From positions 1-59,809 of the forward strand of contig CAZVPZ010000001.1 of assembly GCA_964629245.1 (NCBI GenBank): a DNA stretch of 59,809 nt, in the 5' to 3' direction. The position numbers were made by a program, and so were the translations under genes. This stretch comes from an uncultured archaeon (lineage in GTDB: Archaea; Nanohalarchaeota; Nanosalinia; Nanosalinales; Nanosalinaceae). The notes under the pieces were generated by a model that ran no database searches, was not told the origin of the DNA, and saw only the letters and a program-made list of their open reading frames with translations. This document shows positions 25,906 through 34,943 of the stretch, one piece after another; positions within the stretch are counted from its first letter, which is position 1; every line of letters starts with the position of its first letter.

Positions 25906-25969
25906 CTGCTGGCTTCTAGATAGGGAGTGGTGGAAAACTGTTTTAGTTTTTGGAGTAGAAACCGGGTTT

Positions 25970-26299
25970 ATGCACTGTCCACCGAAGATAAGGGAGCTTT
26001 TGAAGGTGCTTTACGACCTTTCAGGTTCCGAGGCGGAGCTTCTCTACTACCTTTGCGATAGTGAAGCACGGACCACGGAGATAGCCGAAGATATCGGTAA
26101 GGACCGTTCTACCGTCCAGCGCTACCTGTCCAAACTCCGGGCCACCGGGCTGGTCGAGAGGGAGAGCCGTGTTGAAGGCGGGAAGAGAGGCCGCTATTAC
26201 GTCTACAGTGTCCCTGATAAGGAGGAGATGAAGCGGAAGATACAGGAACGCCTTGACGAGTGGGAGGACGAACGTATCGAAGAACTCAGAGAGATGTAG
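25970..26299 (+). CDS. Winged-helix (ArsR/TrmB-like) transcriptional regulator
   Basis: EAELLYYLCDSEARTTEIAEDIGKDRSTVQRYLSKLRATGLVER. Only the last 109 aa of the 282-aa track ORF are plausible. Confidence 0.8.
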   Translation: MHCPPKIRELLKVLYDLSGSEAELLYYLCDSEARTTEIAEDIGKDRSTVQRYLSKLRATGLVERESRVEGGKRGRYYVYSVPDKEEMKRKIQERLDEWEDERIEELREM

Positions 26300-26356
26300 T
26301 TTATTTGTTCAACAAACTTACACAAATTTATAAGCGTTGCGATTCAGTTATGAACC

Positions 26357-26653
26357 ATGACATCAGACATAGAGGTCTTCACGACACCCAGCTGTCCTTA
26401 CTGTGTAAAACTCAAGCGGTGGCTTGATGAGGAAGGATACGAATACCGGGAGTACGACGTGTCAGAGAACCGTGAAAAGGCCGTAGAGATGATCCAGATG
26501 ACCGGCCAGAGGGGGGTTCCACAGACAATCATCAACGGGAAGAAAACAGTCCTTGGATTCCAGCCGGAGAAGATCGAGGAGATACTGGCCGAAGATACAA
26601 AAGAGGATCGAAAAAAGAACCGTGTTGAAGAACTGGAACAGGAAGATGAGTAA
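26357..26653 (+). CDS. Glutaredoxin-like protein
   Basis: TTPSCPYCVKLKRWL and GVPQTIING. Confidence 0.85.
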   Translation: MTSDIEVFTTPSCPYCVKLKRWLDEEGYEYREYDVSENREKAVEMIQMTGQRGVPQTIINGKKTVLGFQPEKIEEILAEDTKEDRKKNRVEELEQEDE

Positions 26654-26975
26654 GGACGTCACAGTCGAGGTCTTCTACTCGCCTACCTGTCAGAACTGCC
26701 CGCCCCAAAAACAGCTGGTCAGGAAATTTGAGTCGGATGATGTGAAGGTCCGGTTGACCGATGTTTCGGTGGAGAACCGAAGAGCAAAGAAACACGGCGT
26801 ACGGGCGGTTCCGACCACGGTAGTCGACGGCCCTCAACTGGATGGAAAGGTAGGTTTCCGCGGTCTTACCTCAGAGGAAAGGCTGGAAACAGCGGTAAAG
26901 GCCGCGAAGGGAGAGCTGCCTCCCGAAGAGCTAGAGAAGGAAGGAATAATAGGGAAAGTAAAAAATCTTTTATGA
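26646..26975 (+). CDS. Small thioredoxin-fold protein
   Basis: VFYSPTCQNCPPQK and RAVPTTVV. The ATG at 26646 overlaps the upstream stop. Confidence 0.8.
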   Translation: MSKDVTVEVFYSPTCQNCPPQKQLVRKFESDDVKVRLTDVSVENRRAKKHGVRAVPTTVVDGPQLDGKVGFRGLTSEERLETAVKAAKGELPPEELEKEGIIGKVKNLL

Positions 26976-27010
26976 GATCCTTGATTCTGGAAGAAAGCGT
27001 CTAGAGAGAT

Positions 27011-27211
27011 CTAGACCTCCTGGACGTCTACCGCTCTTGGACCTTTGTCAGACTCCTCTGTCTCGAACTCGACCTCGGTCCCTTCCTCTATCTCGTCGCC
27101 TTCCAGTTCGCTTTCGTGGAAGAAAACATCGTCGTCTTCGTCCTCGCTCTCGATGAAGCCGTAACGCTTCTTGTTGTGGAAGAACTTTACAGTACCTTGC
27201 AAGAAAAACAC
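27011..27211 (-). CDS. Cold-shock domain protein
   Basis: GTVKFFHNKKRYGFIE..DVFFH. Start is GTG at 27211 or TTG at 27202. Confidence 0.85.
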   Translation of the reverse strand: MFFLQGTVKFFHNKKRYGFIESEDEDDDVFFHESELEGDEIEEGTEVEFETEESDKGPRAVDVQEV

Positions 27212-27288
27212 CTCCGCTGTATTTCAAATTTTGATGGATAGCTTTAAATCAGCGAGCAATTATTATTAATCGGCTCCAACTATACTCT

Positions 27289-28086
27289 ATGTTCTTCGTC
27301 GGCATCGACCTGGCCTGGTCCGACAGCAACCCTACTGGACTGGCGCTGATAGAGGGCGGCCGGGAATCTGGTTCGCTTGTTTCAACTGAACTGGTGGAGA
27401 CTGATGAGGAGATAGTTGGCTGGGTAGAGGAGAAAGTGGCCGGGAGCGAGGCAGTGTTGGCGGTTGATGCTCCCCTGACAGTTCCGAACGAGACGGGCAG
27501 GAGGCCCGCCGAGGAAGTTGTTGGCAAGCTTTTCAGCAGGTATGACGCGGGGGCCCATCCCGCGAACCGGAACCGCCTGAGCCAGTGGAGCGGAAGGGTC
27601 CGGGGAGAGGACATCGTGGAAAAACTGGGAGAGAAGGGGTTCCACCACGATCCCTATCTTGATCTCCACGAGGAGTGCAGGAAAATCGTTGAAGTCTACC
27701 CTCATCCCGCGATGGTGACGATTTTTGACCTGGAACGTATCCTGAGATACAAGAAAAAGCCTGGCAGGAACTACGACTTTCTCTGGGGAGAGTTCGAGAG
27801 ATACCAGGAGAACATCAGAGGGCTAAGCGAAGAGGAGCCCTCCCTGTCGAAACCTGACTTGGCGGAGAAAGATGTCCAAGGACTTAGGGGTAGCGGGCTG
27901 AAGGAGTACGAGGATAAATTGGACGCGCTTTTCTGCGCCTACACCGGTTACTATTACTGGGCCAACCCGGACAGGTGCGAGGTTCTGGGAACTGAGGAGG
28001 GCGGCTACATCCTGACGCCCCTCAAGCCGGAGATGGAAGAGAAGCTGGAGGAGATACGGTCGCAGAAGGATTTGGGTTCTTTCTGA
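27289..28086 (+). CDS. DUF429-family (RNase H-fold) protein
   Basis: N-terminal FVGIDLAWS; 265 aa. The family assignment is from memory. Confidence 0.7.
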   Translation: MFFVGIDLAWSDSNPTGLALIEGGRESGSLVSTELVETDEEIVGWVEEKVAGSEAVLAVDAPLTVPNETGRRPAEEVVGKLFSRYDAGAHPANRNRLSQWSGRVRGEDIVEKLGEKGFHHDPYLDLHEECRKIVEVYPHPAMVTIFDLERILRYKKKPGRNYDFLWGEFERYQENIRGLSEEEPSLSKPDLAEKDVQGLRGSGLKEYEDKLDALFCAYTGYYYWANPDRCEVLGTEEGGYILTPLKPEMEEKLEEIRSQKDLGSF

Positions 28087-28112
28087 AAAAGCGATGGCGG
28101 GACCCGGGTTCG
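28083..28112 (-). repeat. Degenerate third copy of the tRNA-Pro(UGG) 3' end plus trailer
   Basis: CTGAAAAAGCGATGGCGGGACCCGGGTTCG versus CTGAAAGCGATGGCAGGGCCCGGATTTG (29014-29041). About 24 of 28 positions match, with a 2-nt indel. Confidence 0.55.
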
Positions 28113-28117
28113 CTTCC

Positions 28118-28804
28118 TCAAGGTATTCTTAGTTCAATTTCTTTCTTTAGGTGCATCAGTACAAGTGCGGGTGCATTCTTGATGAAATCCCATACTGCTC
28201 TAAATCCTGAATCCCTGAGGACCTTAATGAATCCCTTTTTCTTGGTGAAAAAGACTGGTCGACCAGCATAATGGTCTCTTTGATAATACTGGTCCTCATC
28301 TCTTTTTTCAACAATTTCTTTCACTTTCTTGGTGTTGTTCCAGTCTCCTCTCATCACTACCGTTCCTTCCGGATTGATTATATGTATTGAGTTGGGCATT
28401 CCTCCATACTTTCTGTGGGCTGTTCCTTCAATATCATCCACTAATACATTGCGTTCTATATCATAGTCTTCTGCAAACTCTCTGGCTCTGTCAAGTTTAT
28501 CTTGAAATGACTCATGAGCATCGTAGTTTTCTCCAGGATGAGCTTCTCTAGTGTACAGTAAGATGAACTCTACATCTTCGAACTTTTCCTGCAGTTTATC
28601 CATTGCTTGAACTTTTGAGTCTGTGATCGGGCAGGTGATACTGCCTGTTTCAAGGACCACCCAGTCTCCTTCGAAGTCCGATAGCTTGACTTTATTTCCT
28701 TCCAGACTGGTTGCTTCAAAGTCAGGTGCCTCATCTCCCGGTTCAGGTCCTCCGAATTCCTTAAAGTCGTAGTATTCAGGTCCAAAATGACGGTAGTTAT
28801 ACAT
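28118..28804 (-). CDS. Thioredoxin-fold peroxiredoxin/deiodinase-like protein on low-GC DNA
   Basis: DFEATSLEGNKVKLSDFEGDWVVLETGSITCP is an AhpC/TSA-like entry motif. Three 60-nt lines counted gave 35-45% GC, against about 67% in one line of the neighbouring gene. Confidence 0.75.
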   Translation of the reverse strand: MYNYRHFGPEYYDFKEFGGPEPGDEAPDFEATSLEGNKVKLSDFEGDWVVLETGSITCPITDSKVQAMDKLQEKFEDVEFILLYTREAHPGENYDAHESFQDKLDRAREFAEDYDIERNVLVDDIEGTAHRKYGGMPNSIHIINPEGTVVMRGDWNNTKKVKEIVEKRDEDQYYQRDHYAGRPVFFTKKKGFIKVLRDSGFRAVWDFIKNAPALVLMHLKKEIELRIP

Positions 28805-28926
28805 AAATTAGATGAGATATGGCAGAAATAAATATTTCCACATCGTCGGCAGTTTCGGAATTTCTATAAAATCAGGGTATATGCAATTGGCAGTTTGAAA
28901 ACTACGTCGAAGTTTTCTTGACCTAC

Positions 28927-28946
28927 AAAATTCTGGAAAGAATTTT
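28927..28946 (-). terminator. Hairpin plus U-tract after the tRNA-Pro(UGG) trailer module
   Basis: The minus strand reads AAAAUUCU-UUCC-AGAAUUUU directly after the second CCCUGCCA. Confidence 0.4.
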
Positions 28947-29022
28947 GGCAGGGCCCGGATTTGAACTTGAAGACAGGTCTTCGGCTGCTTCAAATCGCGG
29001 GCATATGCATCGCTGAAAGCGA
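28946..29022 (-). repeat. tRNA-Pro(UGG) trailer module ending in a second copy of the tRNA's last 21 nt
   Basis: 28946-28966 is identical to 29023-29043 (TGGCAGGGCCCGGATTTGAAC). The internal hairpin is GAAGAC/GUCUUC, with a GATTTGA block. Confidence 0.8.
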
Positions 29023-29095
29023 TGGCAGGGCCCGGATTTGAACCGGGGTCCATGCCTCCCAAAGGCACGATGATAGTCCACTACACCACCCCGCC
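29023..29095 (-). tRNA. tRNA-Pro(UGG)
   Basis: GGCGGGG..GUGCC-UUUGGGA-GGCAU..CCCGG-UUCAAAU-CCGGG-CCCUGCC-A. Confidence 0.9.
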
Positions 29096-29247
29096 AAGTG
29101 TTACGCTACTTGAACGCAACAAGCCATTCAACGGAATGGCTTCCAGATAGGGGTTCTGGAACGTATATTCTTGTCCGGTAGAAGGCTTTTAAACTAACTC
29201 GGTGGTAGCCTGAGGGATTTTAAAATCAGGATGCGCTTTTTCTTTTA

Positions 29248-30303
29248 ATGGATGACAAGGTAGTTGTTCTCGGGGCCGGCTTCGGCGGCCTCAATACCGC
29301 GATCAGGATTGCCCGGAGAGGACATGAGGTAAAAATTATCGACAGTAGCCGCTACCACGAGTTCACGCCAGGATTGATTGATGTCTATAGGGATAGAGTC
29401 TCCGAGGACCGCCTCAAGCTTGACATCGAAAGCTTTCTTCAGGGCATTTCAGTAGAATTCTCCCGGGAACACGTCGATGGTATATACCCGGAGCGGAACG
29501 TCGTTGAGACCGGGGGGAGGAGGCACGAGTATGACCAGCTCGTATTGGCCCTTGGGAGTGAACCCCATCCCCACGGAGTGGATATAAGGGATGCGGGTAT
29601 ACCTTACAGCCTCGAGCGCACAAAAGCTATAGTAGAAGACCTGGAGGAAGGAGACTCCGTGGCGGTCGTGGGTGGAGGTTATGTCGGCGTGGAGATAGCT
29701 ACAGAACTTGGCTGTCGGGGTATAGACGTTTCCGTTGTTGAAAGGTCCACGCGGCCGCTACCGGACAGTAATGAGAGGAGCAGCAAGCTTGCACTTGACT
29801 ACCTGAACCGGAAAGAGATCAATTTCCGGGGTGGCAAGGAGGTGGTAGGTGTTTCGGGGAGGGAGGTGAGTTTCCAGGATGGAACCACTATGGAGGCCGA
29901 TACAGTTCTCTGGGCGGCGGGTATCCGTACACCGAAAGTTGTCAGGGAGTCCTTCGGGGTCGGAGAAAAGGGTATCCCTGTCAACGCCGGCCTCGCCTCA
30001 GAGGAATACCCGAATGTCTTCGCGGTGGGTGACTGCGCCAAGAATGGTTGTGCGAAGACTGCTCGGAACGCCATGAGGGAGGCGGCGACGGTGGCGGAGA
30101 ATATTGATAGGTCGGAAGACCAGGAGCTTGCGCGTTTCAACAAGAAGACATACCCTGTCGTCATCAGCCTCGGTGACACCGGCATCTTCACCAAGGGAGA
30201 GTTTGCCTACCGGCACCCTCTTGTCCGGAGACTGAAGGACATTATAAGGATGCGTTACTGGTACCTGCTCCGGAAACTGAAGTGGAAAAACCGGTTTTCG
30301 TGA
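29248..30303 (+). CDS. Type II NADH dehydrogenase-like FAD-dependent oxidoreductase
   Basis: VVVLGAGFGGL and VVGGGYVGVE dinucleotide folds, plus GDCA. Confidence 0.8.
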   Translation: MDDKVVVLGAGFGGLNTAIRIARRGHEVKIIDSSRYHEFTPGLIDVYRDRVSEDRLKLDIESFLQGISVEFSREHVDGIYPERNVVETGGRRHEYDQLVLALGSEPHPHGVDIRDAGIPYSLERTKAIVEDLEEGDSVAVVGGGYVGVEIATELGCRGIDVSVVERSTRPLPDSNERSSKLALDYLNRKEINFRGGKEVVGVSGREVSFQDGTTMEADTVLWAAGIRTPKVVRESFGVGEKGIPVNAGLASEEYPNVFAVGDCAKNGCAKTARNAMREAATVAENIDRSEDQELARFNKKTYPVVISLGDTGIFTKGEFAYRHPLVRRLKDIIRMRYWYLLRKLKWKNRFS

Positions 30304-30309
30304 ACCGGT

Positions 30310-30756
30310 CTATTCAACGACCACAGTTCCGCCGTCGCCTGGTGCGACGTGGTTGTGGTAGCTCCAGGTCCCGACTTGGTTGAATGTAAACGTGTAGGTG
30401 TTCCCTCTCCCGCACTGATCGAAAGCGTTGTTTCCTCCCCCGTTGCAGTGTTCACGTAGGGAAGTTCCCGCGTAGTTTGTGTGGGTGGGGTGCTCGTCCG
30501 ACGCCACCCACATACCGCCGCTGGCCTCGTCCACCCATCGGACGGTCTCTCCCTCGTTGATGGTTGCCTGGGAAGGCCGGAATCCTTGGTCGGTGTAGGT
30601 GACGGTCGTTGCTCCGCCGCCGGAACCATCGCTTGAACCTGTATCAGTCGGACTCTGGTCCTGGTTGCCTGTGTTGCTTTCGGGGGCTGTACTAGAGCAT
30701 CCTGATGCCACCACAACCAGTACAAGTAGACCGAGAACTATTTTTCTCATATCCAC
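30310..30756 (-). CDS. Secreted cupredoxin-fold lipoprotein
   Basis: Lipobox VASGC, then a beta-sandwich with EGETVRW..H.TH....C......C...YTFTF...G.W.YH.H. Confidence 0.55.
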   Translation of the reverse strand: MDMRKIVLGLLVLVVVASGCSSTAPESNTGNQDQSPTDTGSSDGSGGGATTVTYTDQGFRPSQATINEGETVRWVDEASGGMWVASDEHPTHTNYAGTSLREHCNGGGNNAFDQCGRGNTYTFTFNQVGTWSYHNHVAPGDGGTVVVE

Positions 30757-30868
30757 CCTTTCTGGTGAGAGATTTAAGGCTCTTTTGCAGGAGTTACTCT
30801 AAGGTAATCCGGGGCTGAGTTGCGGGTTATCTTACAGCTTAAAAAACCAGAGTCGGGTAAAAGTCTTT

Positions 30869-32791
30869 ATGGTCCGGCAGATAGCGCTCGGCAACGGCTC
30901 CCTCCTCGTCAACCTCGACTCTTCTCTGCAGCTGCGGGACCTGTACTTCCCCTATGCGGGGCAGGAAAACCACGTTCTCGGCGAGGAGCACCGTATCGGT
31001 GTACACGCGGATGGTTTCTCCTGGATTGAGGACTGGGATACCGAGCCGCGTTACATGGATGAGACCATAGTCACAGAGTCGACGGCGAGGAACGATATCG
31101 AGGGCCTGGAGATGGAGTTCAGGAGCTGCGTTCACTGCGACAGCAACGTCTTCCTCAGGGAGATAGAGGTCAGCAACAGCCGGGAGGAGCCGAGGACGGT
31201 CGAACTGTTCTTCGAGCAGAAGTTCGACCTCTACGGATCAGGGATGGCCGATACCTGCATTTTCCGGCCCGAGGAGAACGGTCTGGCCCACTACAAGAAC
31301 AGGAGGTACGTCATGGTAGATGTCAAGAAGGCGGGAGGCTCTTCTCACGACTACAGCCAGTACGGCATCTACCGAGGCGATTCAGGAGGTGATATCGCAT
31401 CCGGCGGACTGAACGGTTCGCCTGTCGCGCAGGGTGATGTCTGTTCCGTGATAAGTATAGAGGTCGATCTCGAACCAAAGGGATCGGAAACTGTATATTA
31501 CTGGATCAACACCGGCAAGAACTTCGACCAGGTAAGGCGGCTAAACCGGCATGTCGAGGACAGGATAGAGAACTACTTCGACCAGACTGCGATGTGCTGG
31601 CGCGGCTTCCTAGGCTCGCTAGACTGCGACACTTCCAACCTGAGCGACCACGTGGAACGACAGCTGAAGCGGTCTATCCTCGTGATGAGGAGCCAGACCA
31701 ACGATAACGGTGCTATAACTGCGGCTAACGATTCCACGAACCTTGAGTTCAATCAGGACAAGTACGGCTATGTCTGGCCTAGAGATGCCGCATTAGTTGC
31801 GGCAGTGATGGCCCGGGCAGGCTATTCTGAACTCGTGAGGCCTTTCTTCGACTTCGCGGAGGAAGTTATCAAGGAAGAGGGTTACATGCTTCATAAGTAC
31901 AACCCGAACCGCTCCCTGGGGAGCTCTTGGCATCCCTGGGTGGGTGAGGACGGTGAACGTGAACTTCCCATCCAGGAAGACGAGACCGCGCTTGTGATCT
32001 GGGCGCTGAAGAAGTACTATGAGGTCACGGGCGAGAGGGCGATCCTGGAGGAGAAATGGAGTGGCTTGGTGAAACCTGCAGCTGACTTCATGTCCGACTA
32101 TTTTGACGAAGAGCTCTCACTTCCGAAGCCAAGCCACGACCTCTGGGAGGAACGCCGGTACATATCCGCCTTCACAGTGGCGGCTGTATACGCAGGGCTG
32201 AAAGCCGCCTCCGAGATAGCCATGGAGCTGGAGAAGGACGGTTCAGGGTACGAGGAGAGGGCGGCAGAGATAAAGGAGGAAGGACTCCAGCACCTCCGGT
32301 CTGGGGAGGAACGGCGGTACGGCCGCGGCATAGAGGAAGGCGAACTCGATGATTCCGTGGGCTCGGAGATATTTTTCCTGATGAAGTTCGGCCTGGTTGA
32401 CGGCGACGACGAGTACTTCAGGAACACTATGGCTGCGGTCATGCATGACCTGTCGCCGGACACAGAGGTCGGAGGCATCGCCCGGTACCAGGGCGACCAC
32501 TATCACAGTGCCACCGACGACTTCGATCGTGTCCCTGGCAACCCGTGGATAATATGCACTCTCTGGGTCGCACAGTACCTGATACAGATCGCTTCAACCC
32601 CCAAGGAACTGGAGGAGGCTCAGGAGTACATGCACTGGACATGCGAGAACTCGCTTGAAACCGGCTTGCTTCCCGAACAGGTCGACCCTTTCACCGGGAA
32701 GGGAAAATCGGTAGCGCCGCTCACCTGGTCCCATACTACATTTATTGAAACCGCCCTGATGTATTCGAACAGGAAGGAGGAACTGTCATGA
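30869..32791 (+). CDS. Glycoside hydrolase family 15 (glucoamylase/trehalase-like)
   Basis: YGYVWPRDAA and an (alpha/alpha)6 C-terminal domain; 640 aa. Confidence 0.9.
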   Translation: MVRQIALGNGSLLVNLDSSLQLRDLYFPYAGQENHVLGEEHRIGVHADGFSWIEDWDTEPRYMDETIVTESTARNDIEGLEMEFRSCVHCDSNVFLREIEVSNSREEPRTVELFFEQKFDLYGSGMADTCIFRPEENGLAHYKNRRYVMVDVKKAGGSSHDYSQYGIYRGDSGGDIASGGLNGSPVAQGDVCSVISIEVDLEPKGSETVYYWINTGKNFDQVRRLNRHVEDRIENYFDQTAMCWRGFLGSLDCDTSNLSDHVERQLKRSILVMRSQTNDNGAITAANDSTNLEFNQDKYGYVWPRDAALVAAVMARAGYSELVRPFFDFAEEVIKEEGYMLHKYNPNRSLGSSWHPWVGEDGERELPIQEDETALVIWALKKYYEVTGERAILEEKWSGLVKPAADFMSDYFDEELSLPKPSHDLWEERRYISAFTVAAVYAGLKAASEIAMELEKDGSGYEERAAEIKEEGLQHLRSGEERRYGRGIEEGELDDSVGSEIFFLMKFGLVDGDDEYFRNTMAAVMHDLSPDTEVGGIARYQGDHYHSATDDFDRVPGNPWIICTLWVAQYLIQIASTPKELEEAQEYMHWTCENSLETGLLPEQVDPFTGKGKSVAPLTWSHTTFIETALMYSNRKEELS

Positions 32792-33816
32792 AGGCGCTTG
32801 TCGCAGAAGGGACCGGGAAAGCATCGGTCGAAGACATAGAGAAGCCGGTCGAGGGAACCATAGTAAGGACCCTCCGAGTCGGGATAGATGGGACTGACCG
32901 GGAGGTGCTGGAAGAGGCAGAGGAACGGTTCCCGGACGGCGAGGACAGCATCGTGATGGGTCACGAGGTCATGGGAAGGGTCGTCGAGTCCGACACTCTG
33001 GAAGAGGGCACTCTGGTAGTGCCGACAGTGAGGAGACCGACATGCAACTGCCGGCACGCGTTGAACGGAAGACCTGACTTCTGTCCTGTCGGCCACTACG
33101 TCGAGCGCGGGGTCACGGGTGCCCACGGTTTCTGTGCCGAGTTCTTTGCGGAAGACAACCCCGATTACCTGGTGCCCATCCCGAACAGGCTGGAACAGAT
33201 AGGAGTGCTCGTAGAGCCTACAAGTATAGTCGACAAGGCGGTGACCGAGGCGTTCAAAGTCCAGCAGAGGATGGAGTGGTCACCTGAGAACGCTCTCGTT
33301 CTCGGCGCGGGGTCGATAGGCCTGCTTGGGTCGATGTTGCTGAGGAAAAGAGGGCTTGAAGTGACGGCTATAGACATCGTCAACCGCGACCACCCGAAAG
33401 CGCGTATACTCGATGATATAGGGGCTGAATACGTTGACAACCGTGAAACCGATATCGACGAGCTTGGAGAGTTCGATATCATTATGGAGTCCTCTGGAGT
33501 GTCGGAGCAGGTCTTCAGGGGGATGGGCGCTCTGGACGAGAACGGTATCCTTGTCTCTCTCGGGCTTCCCCTTGAAGAGTCGGCGACCGCCGAGGTCCCG
33601 GTGGCGAAGCTCCACGAGGAACTCGTTCTACGGAACAAGACCGTCATAGGGTCGGTGAACAGTTCGGTACCGCACTTTGAGCACGCGATAGACCACCTCC
33701 AGTACTTCCAGAATAACTTTCCGGTGGAGGACATCCTCGACCTTCAGGCCGGGTTGGAAAACTGGGAGCGAACGTTTGAAGGTCCAGAGATCAAAGGGGA
33801 GATAGTTTTCGAGTGA
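32788..33816 (+). CDS. Glucose 1-dehydrogenase (MDR zinc-dehydrogenase family)
   Basis: TLRVGIDGTDREVL and GHEVMGRV. ATGA overlap with the GH15 gene. Confidence 0.8.
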   Translation: MKALVAEGTGKASVEDIEKPVEGTIVRTLRVGIDGTDREVLEEAEERFPDGEDSIVMGHEVMGRVVESDTLEEGTLVVPTVRRPTCNCRHALNGRPDFCPVGHYVERGVTGAHGFCAEFFAEDNPDYLVPIPNRLEQIGVLVEPTSIVDKAVTEAFKVQQRMEWSPENALVLGAGSIGLLGSMLLRKRGLEVTAIDIVNRDHPKARILDDIGAEYVDNRETDIDELGEFDIIMESSGVSEQVFRGMGALDENGILVSLGLPLEESATAEVPVAKLHEELVLRNKTVIGSVNSSVPHFEHAIDHLQYFQNNFPVEDILDLQAGLENWERTFEGPEIKGEIVFE

Positions 33817-33820
33817 TACT

Positions 33821-34489
33821 ATGGAGATGCCCTCTGTTACCTCCGAACAGATGGCTGAGGCGGACCGTATCGTCTCCGAGGAGTACAGCATAACAGTAGC
33901 GAGGATGATGGAGAACGCGGGCTACCAGCTCGCGGATTTTATCCGGAGAAAATTCGGGCCAGACGACTCTATCACGGTATCTGTAGGAAAGGGAAACAAC
34001 GGTGGAGACGGACTGGCGGCGGCAAGGAGGCTGCATCTCTGGGGTTTCGATGTCTCTGTCAACCTCGCGACCCGTGAACTCGATGGCATCCGGAGGGAAG
34101 AACTGGAGATACTTGAGGGCCTCGGCGTCGAGGTGAAGGTTCAGGAGTTTTCAGGGGCGGACGTGGTACTGGACGCGATGATAGGTTATAACCTTGAAGG
34201 AGAACTGAGACCGCCGTTCGACTCCATGGTTGAAGACATAAACAGTTCCGGTGCAGAGATAGTCAGCATCGATATCCCGAGCGGTGTCAACCCTGACACT
34301 GGAGAGATGGTAGGTGAGGCTGTCGACCCCGATCACGTTGTCACCCTGGCGCTCCCGAAGCAAGGTCTCCGCCAGGTCGATGCCGAGATCTGGATAGCGG
34401 ATATATCGATCCCCCCGGAGGTCTACGAAAGATTTGGCGTAGATGTCTCTGGACTGTTCACGGAGGATTCTCTGGTCAGGTGGGGCTAG
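33821..34489 (+). CDS. nnrE: NAD(P)H-hydrate epimerase (YjeF N-terminal domain)
   Basis: GKGNNGGDGLAAARRL. Confidence 0.85.
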   Translation: MEMPSVTSEQMAEADRIVSEEYSITVARMMENAGYQLADFIRRKFGPDDSITVSVGKGNNGGDGLAAARRLHLWGFDVSVNLATRELDGIRREELEILEGLGVEVKVQEFSGADVVLDAMIGYNLEGELRPPFDSMVEDINSSGAEIVSIDIPSGVNPDTGEMVGEAVDPDHVVTLALPKQGLRQVDAEIWIADISIPPEVYERFGVDVSGLFTEDSLVRWG

Positions 34490-34893
34490 ATATCGAAGAC
34501 GTCGAGTCCCGTTCTCTCCTCCAGAGTGTGAGAGAGCTCAGTCTCCCCCTTTACGATAACTATCTCGAACGTGCCGGAGACCCTTGCGCTTGAGCAGTGT
34601 CCGCCTATACTGGAGAAGTCGCGCTTCCCGAGCTGGATGTGGGCGTGTATCTTGTCCGGACCGATGTTGCCCGCGAACGATGTCACCTCGAACTGGCCCT
34701 CGAATTCGCGCTCTAGGTAGTCCTGTTCGTCCACGTCGTAGTGGCCAAGTGTCACCCGATCCACCGCACCTATCGCGGTGAAAAACCCGCTGTCGATGTT
34801 TTCCTCCTCTCGTATCTCCGCCAGCGAATCCATGACTTGGTCGCCGGGGTCAAGCCGCGCAACGATGATGTCGCCCTCGTCTACGTATTCCAT
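34486..34893 (-). CDS. PPC (DUF296) domain protein
   Basis: ARLDPGD.V...L......I.SG...AIGAV..V.LG and HAHI. Confidence 0.75.
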   Translation of the reverse strand: MEYVDEGDIIVARLDPGDQVMDSLAEIREEENIDSGFFTAIGAVDRVTLGHYDVDEQDYLEREFEGQFEVTSFAGNIGPDKIHAHIQLGKRDFSSIGGHCSSARVSGTFEIVIVKGETELSHTLEERTGLDVFDI

Positions 34894-34943
34894 TTCAGCT
34901 CACCGTGAACAGGATGTCCGCGAACGCTTTATACTGTTTCGCT

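Noticed and set aside
25451-25969. First 173 codons of the 282-aa plus ORF
   Set aside because: It is antisense to the VOC gene and reads across the tRNA-Pro(CGG) locus. Only the C-terminal HTH-containing part from ATG 25970 is credible.
28118-28804. Selenoprotein or recoding in the deiodinase/peroxiredoxin-like gene, and in the Rdx gene at 36045-36281
   Set aside because: Both have Cys at the redox position (SITCP and CEPC) and no in-frame TGA. Nothing suggests Sec.
23597-29043. Possibility that the repeated tRNA-end copies are a CRISPR-like or tandem-repeat array
   Set aside because: There are only 2-3 copies per locus, each matching its own neighbouring tRNA. There is no regular repeat-spacer periodicity, and no cas genes are in the window.
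28083-29095. Calling the low-GC islet a mobile element
   Set aside because: No integrase, transposase or terminal inverted repeats are present. Only repeats and composition support foreign origin. It is reported as a finding rather than as a mobile_element feature.
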